A stretch of DNA of 64,000 nt from Bacilli bacterium (GTDB lineage Bacteria; Bacillota_I; Bacilli_A; RFN20; CAG-826), in NCBI GenBank assembly GCA_050952805.1, contig JBMNLM010000001.1:285741-349740 (forward strand), read 5' to 3'. The position numbers and the translations under genes were made by a program. The notes below the pieces were generated by a model, which was given only the letters and a program-made list of their open reading frames with translations, ran no database searches and was not told the origin of the DNA. Below are positions 1 through 10,982 of this stretch, piece after piece. Every line of letters begins with the position of its first letter. Positions within the stretch are counted from its first letter, which is position 1.

Positions 1-1272
1 TTATCAAGAAAAGATTTAGGGCTTTTAATATCGCTAAATGCACCTTCTCCTTTTCTTATGCTTGCTCCTGAAACTGATCTAAGAGTTAATACTCCTGCCA
101 AAGATTTTTCGCGTTTAACTTATTTACTGACTGGAGCACAAATTAAAAATGTCCGTGCTTTAGATAATGATCGGATTATTAAATTTAATCTTGAACGTAC
201 GACAAAGTCTTTAGATAAAGAAGATATTTCAATGTATGTTGAACTTATTACTTCGCATCCTAATTTAATCATTTGTGATGATGACGATAAGGTAATTTAT
301 GCCTTTCATTATGCATTAGACCCAAGTTTTGCTAGGGTTATCAAACTAAATGAGCAATATCCTTATCCAAAATTTATGCTCGTAAAAAATGATGAAACGC
401 ATTATGAAGAAGATGAATTAATTTATTTAGGAAGAAATTATCTTAATCGTAATTACTATGCGCTTCTAGAAGAAAATAATAGTGATTTATACCAATATCT
501 TTTTAAAGCCTATAGCAAATACTCAAAAATTTATGTTAGGCACGTTAAAGAAATAAATAAACCTAGTAAAGCTGATTTATACATTAAACAAGCTAATTTA
601 CTTCTTACGTATCAACCAAAAATCGAAGGAAGTCGCGTCAAGGTTGAAGATGAAATCATTAAAGTTGATCCGCTTTTAAGTAGCGTTGAAAACGCAAATG
701 TATTGTTTGCTAAAGCAAAGAAAGAAAAAAGAACATTAGAATACACGGTTAATAATCTTCTTCCCCTTCTTGAACAAGAAATTGAATACTATAGCGATCT
801 TCTAAAACGCCTAGAAAAACCAACACAAAAAGATGTCGATTATTTACGAGAAAAGATTAAAAAAGATAAACATAAGCAATTAGATTATTCTACTCCTTCT
901 TTTCAACCGTATTTTGTCGTTTATGATGGCGTAAAGATTGGGTTTGGTAAAAACGCAATTCAAAACGATTTTCTAACTTTTAGAGTCGCAAGTAAAAATC
1001 ATACTTTCCTTCATATTGATGGCTACGCAGGAAGTCACGTAATTGTATTTGATGAAAATCCAAGTGAAGAAATTCTTTATATTGCCGCCTGTCTTGCACT
1101 ACTTCTTTCGAAAAAAGAAACTGCAAAAGTAATTTATACAAAAGTTGCTAATCTTAAACGTAACAAAAAGCCAGGCCTAGTAACGATAAAAGAATATAAA
1201 GAAATTAACGCTGATATTGATAAATGTCCAATTGACATTAAAGAATTACTAGAAAAAGCTGAAAGATTTTAA
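1..1272 (+). CDS. rqcH: NFACT-family (RqcH/FbpA-like) protein, 5'-truncated by window edge
   Basis: Frame is open from base 1 (LSRKDLGLLISLNAPSPFL-M...). NFACT-N-like 'VELITSHPNLIICD' and C-terminal NFACT-R-like 'GKNAIQNDFLTF...FLHIDGYAGSHVIV'. Confidence 0.8.
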   Translation, partial: LSRKDLGLLISLNAPSPFLMLAPETDLRVNTPAKDFSRLTYLLTGAQIKNVRALDNDRIIKFNLERTTKSLDKEDISMYVELITSHPNLIICDDDDKVIYAFHYALDPSFARVIKLNEQYPYPKFMLVKNDETHYEEDELIYLGRNYLNRNYYALLEENNSDLYQYLFKAYSKYSKIYVRHVKEINKPSKADLYIKQANLLLTYQPKIEGSRVKVEDEIIKVDPLLSSVENANVLFAKAKKEKRTLEYTVNNLLPLLEQEIEYYSDLLKRLEKPTQKDVDYLREKIKKDKHKQLDYSTPSFQPYFVVYDGVKIGFGKNAIQNDFLTFRVASKNHTFLHIDGYAGSHVIVFDENPSEEILYIAACLALLLSKKETAKVIYTKVANLKRNKKPGLVTIKEYKEINADIDKCPIDIKELLEKAERF

Positions 1273-1281
1273 TTACAAAAG

Positions 1282-1318
1282 AAAAAAGGATGGATAAAAA
1301 ATACACCATCCTTTTTTT
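1282..1318. terminator. Bidirectional intrinsic terminator
   Basis: AAAAAAGGATGG...CCATCCTTTTTTT hairpin between convergent genes. Confidence 0.8.
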
Positions 1319-1330
1319 CTTACTTTTTAA

Positions 1331-1864
1331 CTATTTATTTTCAAAATGATCTTTATAGTTTTCAATCGATTCCGTAATTAATTTAAGAGCGTAATCACGG
1401 TCTTGGATTTGATGAACAACCGTTTGTTTTCCTTCAAGTGTTTTATAGACTTGGAAAAAGTGACGGATTTCTTGAAAGATGTGTTGCGGTAAGTCATCAA
1501 TTGAATGATACTCTGCAAAAGTGGGGTCATTTTCGCAAATTGCGATTATTTTTTCATCAGCTTCCCCTGAGTCAACCATCTTAATTGCCCCAATTGGACG
1601 ACATCTTACAATTGTAAGAGGAATAATTGGAAGCGAACATAAAATTAAAACATCGAGGGGATCATTATCTCCTGCATATGTTTTTGGAATAAATCCATAG
1701 TTTTGCGGATAGTGAGTTGAAGTGTATAAAACTCTATCTAATATTAGTCGACCGGTTTCTTTGTCAAGTTCATATTTTGCTTGGCCACCTTTTGAAATTT
1801 CAACGACGGCTATAAAACTTTCAGGCGTAACTCGGTCAGAATCGACATCATGCCAAATATTCAT
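1331..1864 (-). CDS. ppa: Family I inorganic pyrophosphatase
   Basis: KYELDK, YPQNYGFIP and D(N)DPLDV motifs. Confidence 0.95.
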   Translation of the reverse strand: MNIWHDVDSDRVTPESFIAVVEISKGGQAKYELDKETGRLILDRVLYTSTHYPQNYGFIPKTYAGDNDPLDVLILCSLPIIPLTIVRCRPIGAIKMVDSGEADEKIIAICENDPTFAEYHSIDDLPQHIFQEIRHFFQVYKTLEGKQTVVHQIQDRDYALKLITESIENYKDHFENK

Positions 1865-2036
1865 AATTTATTTCTCCTAATTCCTTTATTATCATATAGC
1901 ATATATGATTTTTTTTCCACTTTTCGAAAATTTATAACAAAAGCTATTAAAAAATATCATTTAATTTAAAACGTTCATATTTATAAATAGAACATAAATT
2001 TTATGCATTTTTAGTTAAAAAATATATAATGACTAT

Positions 2037-2813
2037 ATGAAAAAATTGTTTAATAAATTTCTTATCTTAATGTCTAGTCTTACGCTCCTTTCGGGCTGTA
2101 ATAAAACAAAAATTAGTCGCTTTTCGGTAAGTTTTGATGAAACTAATCCCCCAGAATCGTATTTAATTCCTATAGACAATGAACGATTAACAGCCTTAAT
2201 GAATGGTCAAGCTGATTTTCTTCTCTATCTTGGCTCACCAACGTGCCCAAATTGTACGAAAGTAACGCCACAATTTGAACGTTATGCCAAAGAAAACAAA
2301 ACGCTAATTTATTATTACAATTCGAAAAATTATACTTCTGATATTGGTGAGAACTTCCCTTATTTATTTAGAGGCACACCATCGTTTTTTGTAATAAATC
2401 GTGGTAGCGTTCTTGAATCATATTTAGGGGCAACTAAACTAGATACCTACGTTAAAGTTTCTAACATTATTAAAAACTACACAGAAAAAACTTCAATTGA
2501 TTTCGTCTATTCTCTTAGTTTACTAGATGAATTAATTAGTAAAGATAACACAATTATTTATGTAGACTTAAAGAACGAAAAACACGTCTTAGATTTCAAT
2601 GCTAATTTAGTAATAAACCTTAGAAATGCAAAGAAAACGCTGCATTTTGTTGATATTTCTAATGATTTTGGAATAACTGAGGAAGAGTTTTTAACGCGTT
2701 ATAATCTAAGTAAAGAAGAAATTACGGCAAAAAAATATCTTGATGGAGTCGAGGACTCATCAAGACAATTTTCGATTAATTCTATTAGTGAATTTATAAA
2801 CTTTGTTAAATAA
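2037..2813 (+). CDS. Lipoprotein with thioredoxin-like CxxC domain
   Basis: Lipobox LLSGC; 'LYLGSPTCPNC' and 'GTPSFF' thioredoxin-fold motifs. Confidence 0.7.
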   Translation: MKKLFNKFLILMSSLTLLSGCNKTKISRFSVSFDETNPPESYLIPIDNERLTALMNGQADFLLYLGSPTCPNCTKVTPQFERYAKENKTLIYYYNSKNYTSDIGENFPYLFRGTPSFFVINRGSVLESYLGATKLDTYVKVSNIIKNYTEKTSIDFVYSLSLLDELISKDNTIIYVDLKNEKHVLDFNANLVINLRNAKKTLHFVDISNDFGITEEEFLTRYNLSKEEITAKKYLDGVEDSSRQFSINSISEFINFVK

Positions 2814-2818
2814 CTTTT

Positions 2819-3646
2819 TTATTTCTTTTCAAATATAGGGGGAACGGTAACAGGAATGATATCGTTCTTTTTAAGTTCTGCAATAATTCGTTCATTAATT
2901 TCAAAAAGTAATGACCAATAATTATCGTTATGAGCATAGAATCTCACGCGAATTTCAAAACCATAATTATTAAAACCATAGACGATAACGTTAGGATCAG
3001 GACTTCTTAAAATTCGCTCATCATTTAAAACAATATCGAAAAGTATCTTTTTGATAACTTCTGGATTATGTTTATAGTCAAAATTAAGTTGAATTTGCGC
3101 TCTTCTTGTAATGTTTCTTGAATAGTTTGTTAGACCATTGTTAATAACAAACTTATTTGGGAGGAGAATATGTTGGTTATCTGGCGTATCTAGCGAGGTA
3201 TGAATAACGCCAATTTGAGTTACTGTTCCTGAGAATTCATCAACTGTAATGTAGTCACCAACAACAAAAGGTTTACTAGAAAGTAGCGTTACGCCAGCGG
3301 CAAAGTTTCCAATTAAGTCTTGGAGCGCTAGACCAATTGCAAGGACCCCAGCAGAAATGATTGAAGCAAGACTACTTAAATTAACGTTAGCGATTAATAA
3401 AACGATAATAGCTAGCGCAAATCTAAGTAAAACAGCAACAAGACTAATTACAAAAGAGCGAACACTTCTTGTTTGCTTTTTTGTGTCAATACGATTAATT
3501 CGTCTAAGAATAAATAAAATAAAGTTAATTAAGTAGTGACCAACGATAATAACAACAATAATAATGACAGTTCGCATTAATATGTCCATACCGTTAGTGT
3601 TAAAGAATTCAACTACATCTTGCCACCATTTTTCAAAACTACTCAT
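2819..3646 (-). CDS. Small-conductance mechanosensitive channel (MscS family)
   Basis: 'GLALQDLIGNFAAG...KPFVVGDYI...G.V..IG' MscS signature; N-terminal TM helices. Confidence 0.9.
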   Translation of the reverse strand: MSSFEKWWQDVVEFFNTNGMDILMRTVIIIVVIIVGHYLINFILFILRRINRIDTKKQTRSVRSFVISLVAVLLRFALAIIVLLIANVNLSSLASIISAGVLAIGLALQDLIGNFAAGVTLLSSKPFVVGDYITVDEFSGTVTQIGVIHTSLDTPDNQHILLPNKFVINNGLTNYSRNITRRAQIQLNFDYKHNPEVIKKILFDIVLNDERILRSPDPNVIVYGFNNYGFEIRVRFYAHNDNYWSLLFEINERIIAELKKNDIIPVTVPPIFEKK

Positions 3647-3811
3647 AGCTATCTTTTTTTAACCTCCGCATTATTCTAGCATAAAAATAACAATTTTAAA
3701 CAAATTTACCCTTTACTTATATATAATATAAATTATAATAAACACCTTGCTATTAAATTAGCCCCCATAATTAAAAAAAGAAAAAACAAAACTAAAACTT
3801 GGAGGTTTTAT

Positions 3812-5455
3812 ATGAGTTTTACAATAACTTATAAAGGGAAAAAGAAAGAATATCAAAAGAAAGTCGCAATCCTTGATATTGTTGGTCCAAGTCATGATAT
3901 CGTTGGCGCTTTAGTTAACAATCGTGTTCGCGAATTAACTTATCAAGTGTATTACGATGCTGAAATTGTTCCTTTAACCCTTGATAGCTCAGAAGCTATT
4001 CGAATTTATCAAACATCGCTTCGCTATCTAATCGCAATGGCGCTTTCGCGCATTCGCCCAGAATTAGAAGTAAGATTTTCTTACAACATTTCGCGATCAA
4101 TCTTTATCCAAATTTTAAATGGACCAATGCGTGCAGATCGCGAACTCGTTAATGAACTACGTACGGAAATGATGCGCTTAGTCGCTCAAGACATTCCAAT
4201 GGTTCGTCGCGTTGTTCCTAACGAAGAAGCCCTAAAAATTTATCAAGAACGTGGTTTTGAAGATAAAGCAGCAATTCTTCAATATCGCCCAGAAAAAACA
4301 GTTCATTTTTATGAATGTGATGGCTATTTAAACTATATGTATGGTTATATGGTCCCTTCAACTGGCTATATTGATAAATGGTTACTTAGAAACTACGCTC
4401 CTGGTATTGTCGTGCAATACCCACGGGCTGAATTAAATGGAGAAATTCCTCCATTTGAAGATGCCCCAACATTTGGAAGAACGCTAAAAAGCTCCCATCA
4501 ATGGGCAAAAGTTACAAATCTAGACAGTGTCGCAAGTATTAATGAAATGATTAAGAAAGATCATGGCGATGTTGAACTTATTAACTTAAGTGAAGCTCGT
4601 CACTATCAACAACTTGCCGAACTTGGTGTCACAATTAGTGAAAACATCGACGATATCCGCCTAATTTGTATTGCAGGCCCCTCAAGTAGTGGTAAAACAA
4701 CGTTTGCAAATAGACTTCGAATTGAATTAATGAGTCGCGGACTTCGTCCAATTCGAATTTCAATTGATGACTACTACCTACCAAGAAGCCAAGCTCCGCT
4801 AGATGAAGATGGCAATCCTGACTTAGAATCAATTTACGCACTCGATATTGAATTATTCAACCAAAACATGCTTGATTTAATTAATGGCGATGAAGTCCAA
4901 CTTCCAAAATTTGATTTTAAACTCGGTAAACGTGTTGATGGAAGAAAATTAAAAGTTGAACACGATCAACCAATTATTATCGAAGGAATTCACGCCTTAA
5001 ATGAAATCCTTACGGAAAATATTCCAAAGCACCAAAAATACAAAATCTTTATTGCCCCACAAGCACAAATTAACTTAGACAATCATAACCCAATGTCACT
5101 TACGGACTTAAGATTATTACGAAGAATCGTAAGAGATAAAAAATTCCGTAACGCAAGTGCTCATGAAACAATCTCCATGTGGCCAAGCGTCCGCAAGGGA
5201 GAATTTACTTGGATTTATGATACGCAAGAAGACGCCGATTACGTCTATAACTCATTCCTTCCTTATGAACTTCCGCTCATGAAGAAAAATGGCTTACAAG
5301 TTCTAGAAGAAATTCAAAGAGATGACGAATATTGGCCAATTGCTGAACGATTAATTCGCATGCTTAAATACTTTGTAGATCTTGATGATACGTGGGTACC
5401 ATCAAATTCACTCCTTCGCGAATTTATCGGTGGAAGCTGCTTCCAAGACGTCTAA
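3812..5455 (+). CDS. Nucleoside/uridine kinase with ThrRS-like N-terminal region
   Basis: Walker A GPSSSGKTT, 'ISIDDYY', 'IIEGIHALN', 'RLLRRIVRD' of the uridine kinase family; RBS GGAGG. Confidence 0.85.
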   Translation: MSFTITYKGKKKEYQKKVAILDIVGPSHDIVGALVNNRVRELTYQVYYDAEIVPLTLDSSEAIRIYQTSLRYLIAMALSRIRPELEVRFSYNISRSIFIQILNGPMRADRELVNELRTEMMRLVAQDIPMVRRVVPNEEALKIYQERGFEDKAAILQYRPEKTVHFYECDGYLNYMYGYMVPSTGYIDKWLLRNYAPGIVVQYPRAELNGEIPPFEDAPTFGRTLKSSHQWAKVTNLDSVASINEMIKKDHGDVELINLSEARHYQQLAELGVTISENIDDIRLICIAGPSSSGKTTFANRLRIELMSRGLRPIRISIDDYYLPRSQAPLDEDGNPDLESIYALDIELFNQNMLDLINGDEVQLPKFDFKLGKRVDGRKLKVEHDQPIIIEGIHALNEILTENIPKHQKYKIFIAPQAQINLDNHNPMSLTDLRLLRRIVRDKKFRNASAHETISMWPSVRKGEFTWIYDTQEDADYVYNSFLPYELPLMKKNGLQVLEEIQRDDEYWPIAERLIRMLKYFVDLDDTWVPSNSLLREFIGGSCFQDV

Positions 5456-5463
5456 ACCCATAC

Positions 5464-5509
5464 AAAAAAGCCTTCAATTTGAAAAACTTCAAACTTGAAG
5501 GCTTTTTTT
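5464..5509. terminator. Bidirectional intrinsic terminator
   Basis: AAAAAGCCTTCAA...TTGAAGGCTTTTTT. Confidence 0.8.
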
Positions 5510-6605
5510 ATTGTAATTTTTCTTGTTCTTTTTTCATGATTTGAATTAAATCAGAACGATATATTTTTCGTAATATTTTATAAGACTCGTGACTTTGTTT
5601 ATCGCTATACTTTACAAAAACTTGATTAAAAATTTCTTCTACGCGAAGGAATGTTTCATAAGTACAAAGGAGCGTGACTCTTCCAAAATATTCTTTATTT
5701 GCGATTAGAGTAAGCGGAGTTGCATGAACAAACTCACTAGCCCGTTGATATAGCTTATTGTAATTACTTAGGCCCGCAACTTTTTCTAAGCCGTCGCGGA
5801 AATTAAGTTTAAAGTTTTCAAATTCGTTAATGTTACTAACTTCATAAAGCCAACCGTATTCAATAAACTTTTTTAAGTCTTTGCTTTTTAAGTCAAGTTC
5901 TTTCATTTTTGCTTTAATCTCGACAAAAAGCATGTCATTTACTTCTTTTTCAAAGAATTTGTTATAGGCAAGGCTATATTGCATATGTCGTAAATATGCG
6001 TTAGCGACCTTTTGATCACTTTTAACAAGAACGCTAAGAATCGCCTCAGTTTCATGAAGCGTTCGCCACGTAACAAAGGCTTCTGTTTCAAAGCCACTTG
6101 TAAGAAGGGAAGTTATCGTTTTACAAAGTAAAAATACTTTTGTAAGTAAGTCGATAATTAAGTTTTTGTGATCGCTAGTTCTATTAAACTGTTCTAATTT
6201 ATTTAAAATAAAATTAATAAAGACGTTAAGCGAAGAAATTGGTGTGTCAAAAAAAGTATAGACTTCTTTTAGACTATATTGGAAGTTAACAAAAGATGAG
6301 TATTTGTCTAAAACGATATTTAAAAGTTGAACTAAGAAATGCTCATCAGTTTGGAGTTTTTTTACGTCGCTATCGCTTAAATCACTCGTGCGATAATAAT
6401 AGTCATTAATTAAAAAGCCTGCTAAAGCACGGTGATCAATGACACTAGTTTCTAAGTCTTCAATATCTTTACCAAAAGATTTATAAGAACTTAGCATTAA
6501 CTCATAATTTTCATAAAGAAAGTTAAAGTCTTCTTCTTTTGCCCCAAAGACTTTCATTAAGTTACGAAACTCTTTTTTTGTTATCTTTCTTCGACTCTTT
6601 TTCAT
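5508..6605 (-). CDS. DUF5677-like hypothetical protein
   Basis: 'AFVTWRTLHE' and 'LYQRASEFVH' motifs resemble DUF5677 as recalled; not searched. Confidence 0.55.
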   Translation of the reverse strand: MKKSRRKITKKEFRNLMKVFGAKEEDFNFLYENYELMLSSYKSFGKDIEDLETSVIDHRALAGFLINDYYYRTSDLSDSDVKKLQTDEHFLVQLLNIVLDKYSSFVNFQYSLKEVYTFFDTPISSLNVFINFILNKLEQFNRTSDHKNLIIDLLTKVFLLCKTITSLLTSGFETEAFVTWRTLHETEAILSVLVKSDQKVANAYLRHMQYSLAYNKFFEKEVNDMLFVEIKAKMKELDLKSKDLKKFIEYGWLYEVSNINEFENFKLNFRDGLEKVAGLSNYNKLYQRASEFVHATPLTLIANKEYFGRVTLLCTYETFLRVEEIFNQVFVKYSDKQSHESYKILRKIYRSDLIQIMKKEQEKLQ

Positions 6606-6629
6606 CTTTTCTTCTATTTATATTTTACA

Positions 6630-8105
6630 TTAATAAAATTGCTGTGTAGCTTTGACTGCTCTTTTCCAATGTCCATATTTTCTTTTACGGTCAACGTCAT
6701 TCATCTTGCTTTTAAATTGTCTATCATAACAATGTATTTTTCTTATATCTTTTAAAGAAGAAAAATACCCAGTTTGTAGACCTGCTAAATAGCAAACTCC
6801 TAAAGCTGTTGTTTCTAAAATATGCGGGACTTTAATTGTACAATCTAAAATATCTGCTTGAAATTGTAGTAAGTAATTGTTTGCAGTAGCCCCTCCATCA
6901 ACTTTAAGTGTCTTAAGATGAATCCCCGTTTCTTGTTGCATTACTTCAAAGACATCTTTACTCTGAAATGCGATAGATTCTAGCGTTGCCCTTACAAAAT
7001 GCGCCTTATTTGCACTTCTTGTAAGACCAAAGACTGCACCACGCGCTCTATCATCCCAATAAGGAGTACCTAGACCAACAAACGCTGGAACAATATAAAC
7101 ATGGTTATTTGTATCAACTGATGTCGCAACATCTTCACTTTCATCTGCTGTAGAAATCATCTTCATTTGATCACGAAGCCATTGAACAGCGGCCCCACCA
7201 ATATAGACAGAACCTTCTAGAGCATAAGTTACTTTCCCATCTATTTGCCAGGCAATTGTAGTAAGTAGACCATTTTTACTAAAGCAAGGTTTTCTTCCAG
7301 TATTGAGAAGCATAAAGCAACCTGTTCCGTATGTATTTTTAGCACTTCCTTTTGTTAGACACATTTGCCCAAATAAAGCCGCTTGTTGGTCGCCTGCTAT
7401 ACCTGCAATTGGGACTGGGACTGGGAAAAATTCGCTATATCCAAAAATACGCGAGGAAGGTTTAACTTCTGGAAGCATTATTTTTGGGATATTGAAAAGT
7501 TCAAGTAACTCATCGTCCCACTCAAGTGTATTTATATTGAATAGTAACGTTCTACTTGCATTACTTACATCAGTCGCATGAACTTTTCCGTTTGTTAATT
7601 TATATAGGACCCACGTATCAATTGTCCCAAACATTAGTTCGCCGTTTTCTGCTCGTTCTTGACCATTTTCAATGTGATCAAGAATAAAGCGAATTTTACT
7701 AGCGCTAAAGTAAGAATTAATTAATAAGCCTGTCTTTTTATGAATAAAATCACGCTTATGATGTAGCTTTTCACAAATATCTGCCGATTGCCGACTTTGC
7801 CAAACAATCGCATTATATACAGGCATTCCCGTTTGTTTATCCCAGACAACTGTTGTTTCTCTTTGGTTAGTAATGCCAATTGAATCAATGTTTTTAAAAG
7901 TTAAGTTTGCTTTAATTAAAACACCGTTTATCGCTGTTAAAACACTTAACCAAATATCAAGAGCGTCTTGTTCAACCCAGCCATCATGAGGATAGCTAGA
8001 AGTTATTTCATGTTGCGATTGCGATACTATTTCGCCTTCTTTATCAAAAAGAATCGCTCTTGTCGAGGTTGTCCCTTGGTCAAGGGAGAGAATGTACTTT
8101 TTCAT
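6630..8105 (-). CDS. glpK: Glycerol kinase
   Basis: [43 protein letters not shown]. Confidence 0.97.
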   Translation of the reverse strand: MKKYILSLDQGTTSTRAILFDKEGEIVSQSQHEITSSYPHDGWVEQDALDIWLSVLTAINGVLIKANLTFKNIDSIGITNQRETTVVWDKQTGMPVYNAIVWQSRQSADICEKLHHKRDFIHKKTGLLINSYFSASKIRFILDHIENGQERAENGELMFGTIDTWVLYKLTNGKVHATDVSNASRTLLFNINTLEWDDELLELFNIPKIMLPEVKPSSRIFGYSEFFPVPVPIAGIAGDQQAALFGQMCLTKGSAKNTYGTGCFMLLNTGRKPCFSKNGLLTTIAWQIDGKVTYALEGSVYIGGAAVQWLRDQMKMISTADESEDVATSVDTNNHVYIVPAFVGLGTPYWDDRARGAVFGLTRSANKAHFVRATLESIAFQSKDVFEVMQQETGIHLKTLKVDGGATANNYLLQFQADILDCTIKVPHILETTALGVCYLAGLQTGYFSSLKDIRKIHCYDRQFKSKMNDVDRKRKYGHWKRAVKATQQFY

Positions 8106-8119
8106 GTATCCTCCAAATT

Positions 8120-9370
8120 TTAGTAATCGATTTTAATTAAAGCTTCTATTTCTTCTATTTCTTTTGGAATTTGTTTACTTAAGTTTTCTGCACCAGTTTT
8201 TGTAACTAAAATATCGTCTTCAATACGAACACCAATGCCGTGCTTTTCAAAATATAAACCTGGTTCAACGGTAATTACGTTACCTTCTTCAAGAGGTAAG
8301 TTATCAATAAAGGCATCGTGCGTATCTAGTCCTAGGTGGTGCGAGATATTGTGGTAGTAATACTTTTCGATTGCTTCGCCTTCACTAAGTAACTCTTCTT
8401 CAAGAAGTTTTGTCGTTAAGTATTGTTTTGTGTAGGCTTGAATTTCTGCAATTGTACGGCCTGGACGAATAAAGTCGATAACGGCTTTATTAGTTGCTAA
8501 AACTATTTCATAAATTTGTCTTTGGAAAGGATTAAAGATGCCGTTAACGGGGTAAGTACGTGAGATGTCAGCTTTGTATTGACCAATACTAGCGCCGACA
8601 TCCATTAAAACGAGCTGACCATCACGCATTCTATGATCTAGGTCAACGTGATGAAGAATTGTCGCATTTTTGCCGCTTGCAACAATCGTATCAAAGGCAA
8701 TATCCCCGTTTTTTGCACGGACAACGTATTCAAAAATGGCACGAAGTTGATATTCGTGAAGACCTGGGTGAATGCCTTCTAAGACACCGCGAAGGGCAAG
8801 ATTAGTTAGCGAAATACTCTTTTTAATTAAATCAATTTCATGTTTATCTTTTTTCATACGCATTCTTACGATGATCGGATAAATATCATGAATTTTAATT
8901 TCCTTATGACCAGTTTCCTTAATAAAATCAATAAATTGATCGTGCGTTTCTTCGTAGCGCAAAAATTTATGATTTTTATCAACATAAACGTTATTAACAA
9001 AGCCGTAAGCTGATTTAGAAATAATTAATTCGCTAATTTTGCTTTTTAGTAGTGAAGTAAAAAGAACGTTATTAATGCCGCTTATTTCTCTTACTTCTTC
9101 AGCGCGAAGCATTTTTCCTGTCCATTTTTCGCGAATTTCCATATATTCTTCAATAAAGAAGTATTCATAAACTTCTTGATCGATTTTTACAAGAATTAAA
9201 GCAACTTCAGGGCGATTAATTCCTGTTAAATAATAAAAGTTTTTATTAACGATAAAAGGATACTTTTCATCACTTGTTGCTAAAACGTGTTCACCAGAAA
9301 ATAAAACGACAATACTATGGTCTTCTATTGTTTCAAATACTTTTTTTCTTCTTTGTTCATAAACGTTCAT
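8120..9370 (-). CDS. pepP: Xaa-Pro aminopeptidase (M24B)
   Basis: AMP_N-like 'NKNFYYLTG'; [31 protein letters not shown]. Confidence 0.9.
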   Translation of the reverse strand: MNVYEQRRKKVFETIEDHSIVVLFSGEHVLATSDEKYPFIVNKNFYYLTGINRPEVALILVKIDQEVYEYFFIEEYMEIREKWTGKMLRAEEVREISGINNVLFTSLLKSKISELIISKSAYGFVNNVYVDKNHKFLRYEETHDQFIDFIKETGHKEIKIHDIYPIIVRMRMKKDKHEIDLIKKSISLTNLALRGVLEGIHPGLHEYQLRAIFEYVVRAKNGDIAFDTIVASGKNATILHHVDLDHRMRDGQLVLMDVGASIGQYKADISRTYPVNGIFNPFQRQIYEIVLATNKAVIDFIRPGRTIAEIQAYTKQYLTTKLLEEELLSEGEAIEKYYYHNISHHLGLDTHDAFIDNLPLEEGNVITVEPGLYFEKHGIGVRIEDDILVTKTGAENLSKQIPKEIEEIEALIKIDY

Positions 9371-9434
9371 ACTTTAATACCTCAATCTATCTAATATATC
9401 TACTTATACTCAAAATTATTATAATCAAAATTAA

Positions 9435-10012
9435 TTAATTTTGGCTCAGTTTTCTTATTTCTGTCTCGTAAAATAACGCTTTAAGTGCTTCTTCGAGTCG
9501 CTCATCTCCCTTAACTCTAATAAGGACCTGTTCGTTTTTAAATTCTGTTTCAAAAGGGACTTTTTCTCTGTTAATGAAATTATAAAACACTGCTAAATCG
9601 GCTTCTTTTATGCAAAACTCGTATATAAATTCAGGAACGACTTCAATAATTTCTGCTAAATCTAGCGCATTTTTTCCGGCGTTAACATAAGTTCTAAGAA
9701 GCCTAGATGCCCCAAGTAAGGTTCCACCAAAATAGCGAACAACGACTAAAAGAACGTTCTCGAGTTCATTATTTTCTAGAAGCGTTAAAAGAGGAATTCC
9801 TGCGGTTCCCTTTGGTTCGCCATCATCGCTAAATCGAGCAATATCATTAATTTTATACGCGTAGCAATAGTGACGTGCCCCAGTGTATTCCTTACGACTG
9901 AATCTAGTAAAGTTAGTGCTTCTTCTTCGCTAGTAAGCGGAAATAATAGAGCGATAAAACGCGACTTTTCTACGATAATTTCATTTTTAACAGGGGCTAT
10001 AATTGTTTTCAT
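9435..10012 (-). pseudogene. yigZ: YigZ/IMPACT family gene with 1-bp deletion frameshift near 9896
   Basis: First frame gives 'EKSRFIA...LDSV'. The shifted frame continues 'KEYTGARHYCYAY...FSDDGEPKGTAGIP...VVRYFGGTLLG' to TAA at 9435-9437. The 578 bp span is one base short of an in-frame gene. Confidence 0.85.
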
Positions 10013-10081
10013 TTTATTAAGTATAGCATATACTATACACGTACCTTTTAATACTCTTTATATATAAAGGAATTGTAAAAA

Positions 10082-10957
10082 ATGAATGAACAAGAAAAAA
10101 AAGATGTAAGTTTACTAGAAGAAGAAAATGTAATTAGCGAAAACGAAGTTATCGTTGATGTTAATTCTAGTGAACCTATTGAACCAACTACCCCTAAAAA
10201 GAAGAAAAAAGATAAGAAACCAGCATTTATCTTTGCCCCAATTGGCATTACGCTTACGTTTCTTCTTCTTGGTACGCTTGGACTTAACTTAATAAGTGAA
10301 ATTACCGTTCTAATTTTAAAAAGCGCGAATAACTTACAAACGCAAGAAGAAATTTTTCACTTTTTTACACAAGCTGACGTAATTACACTAATTAATGGTG
10401 TTCGCTACGTCATTATTTTTGCTGTAATGCTAATAATTCTTTTTGCGACTAAGCAAATAAAAGGGATTTTTTCTAAATTTAAAAACAAAGAAGTTTGGAC
10501 GTGGGCGCCAATCTATCTTCTTATTGGCATTGGCTTTAACTTTTTATTCGGGATGATTAGAACGCTAATTTTTGGCGAAGTTCCTGATAATACTAATCAA
10601 AACATCGTCGTTAATGTAATAACGGCTAATCCAGTTAGTTCTTTCTTCTGGATTGTTTTAATTGGTCCCTTCGTAGAAGAATTTACGTATCGATATGGGT
10701 TATATGGAACATTAAGAAGATGGAATAAATATGCGGCCCTTATTATTACCGCGCTTATATTTGGCTTTATTCACTTTGATTTTTCTGTAATTGGGGGAAG
10801 CGATAAACAATTACTTTATATTGAGCTTCTTAATATTCCTACTTATATCGTTATGGGCTTACTCTTTTCTTATGCTTATGAAAAACATGATATCCAAGTA
10901 CCTCTACTTGCCCATATCTTTAATAACTTACTTTCCTATATCGTTGCCTTTATCTAA
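10082..10957 (+). CDS. CPBP (CAAX/Abi) intramembrane metalloprotease
   Basis: 'GPFVEEFTYR', 'FGFIH', 'HIFNN' motifs; multiple TM helices. Confidence 0.9.
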   Translation: MNEQEKKDVSLLEEENVISENEVIVDVNSSEPIEPTTPKKKKKDKKPAFIFAPIGITLTFLLLGTLGLNLISEITVLILKSANNLQTQEEIFHFFTQADVITLINGVRYVIIFAVMLIILFATKQIKGIFSKFKNKEVWTWAPIYLLIGIGFNFLFGMIRTLIFGEVPDNTNQNIVVNVITANPVSSFFWIVLIGPFVEEFTYRYGLYGTLRRWNKYAALIITALIFGFIHFDFSVIGGSDKQLLYIELLNIPTYIVMGLLFSYAYEKHDIQVPLLAHIFNNLLSYIVAFI

Positions 10958-10982
10958 TAAATTTAAAGAAAGTTTTATATAA

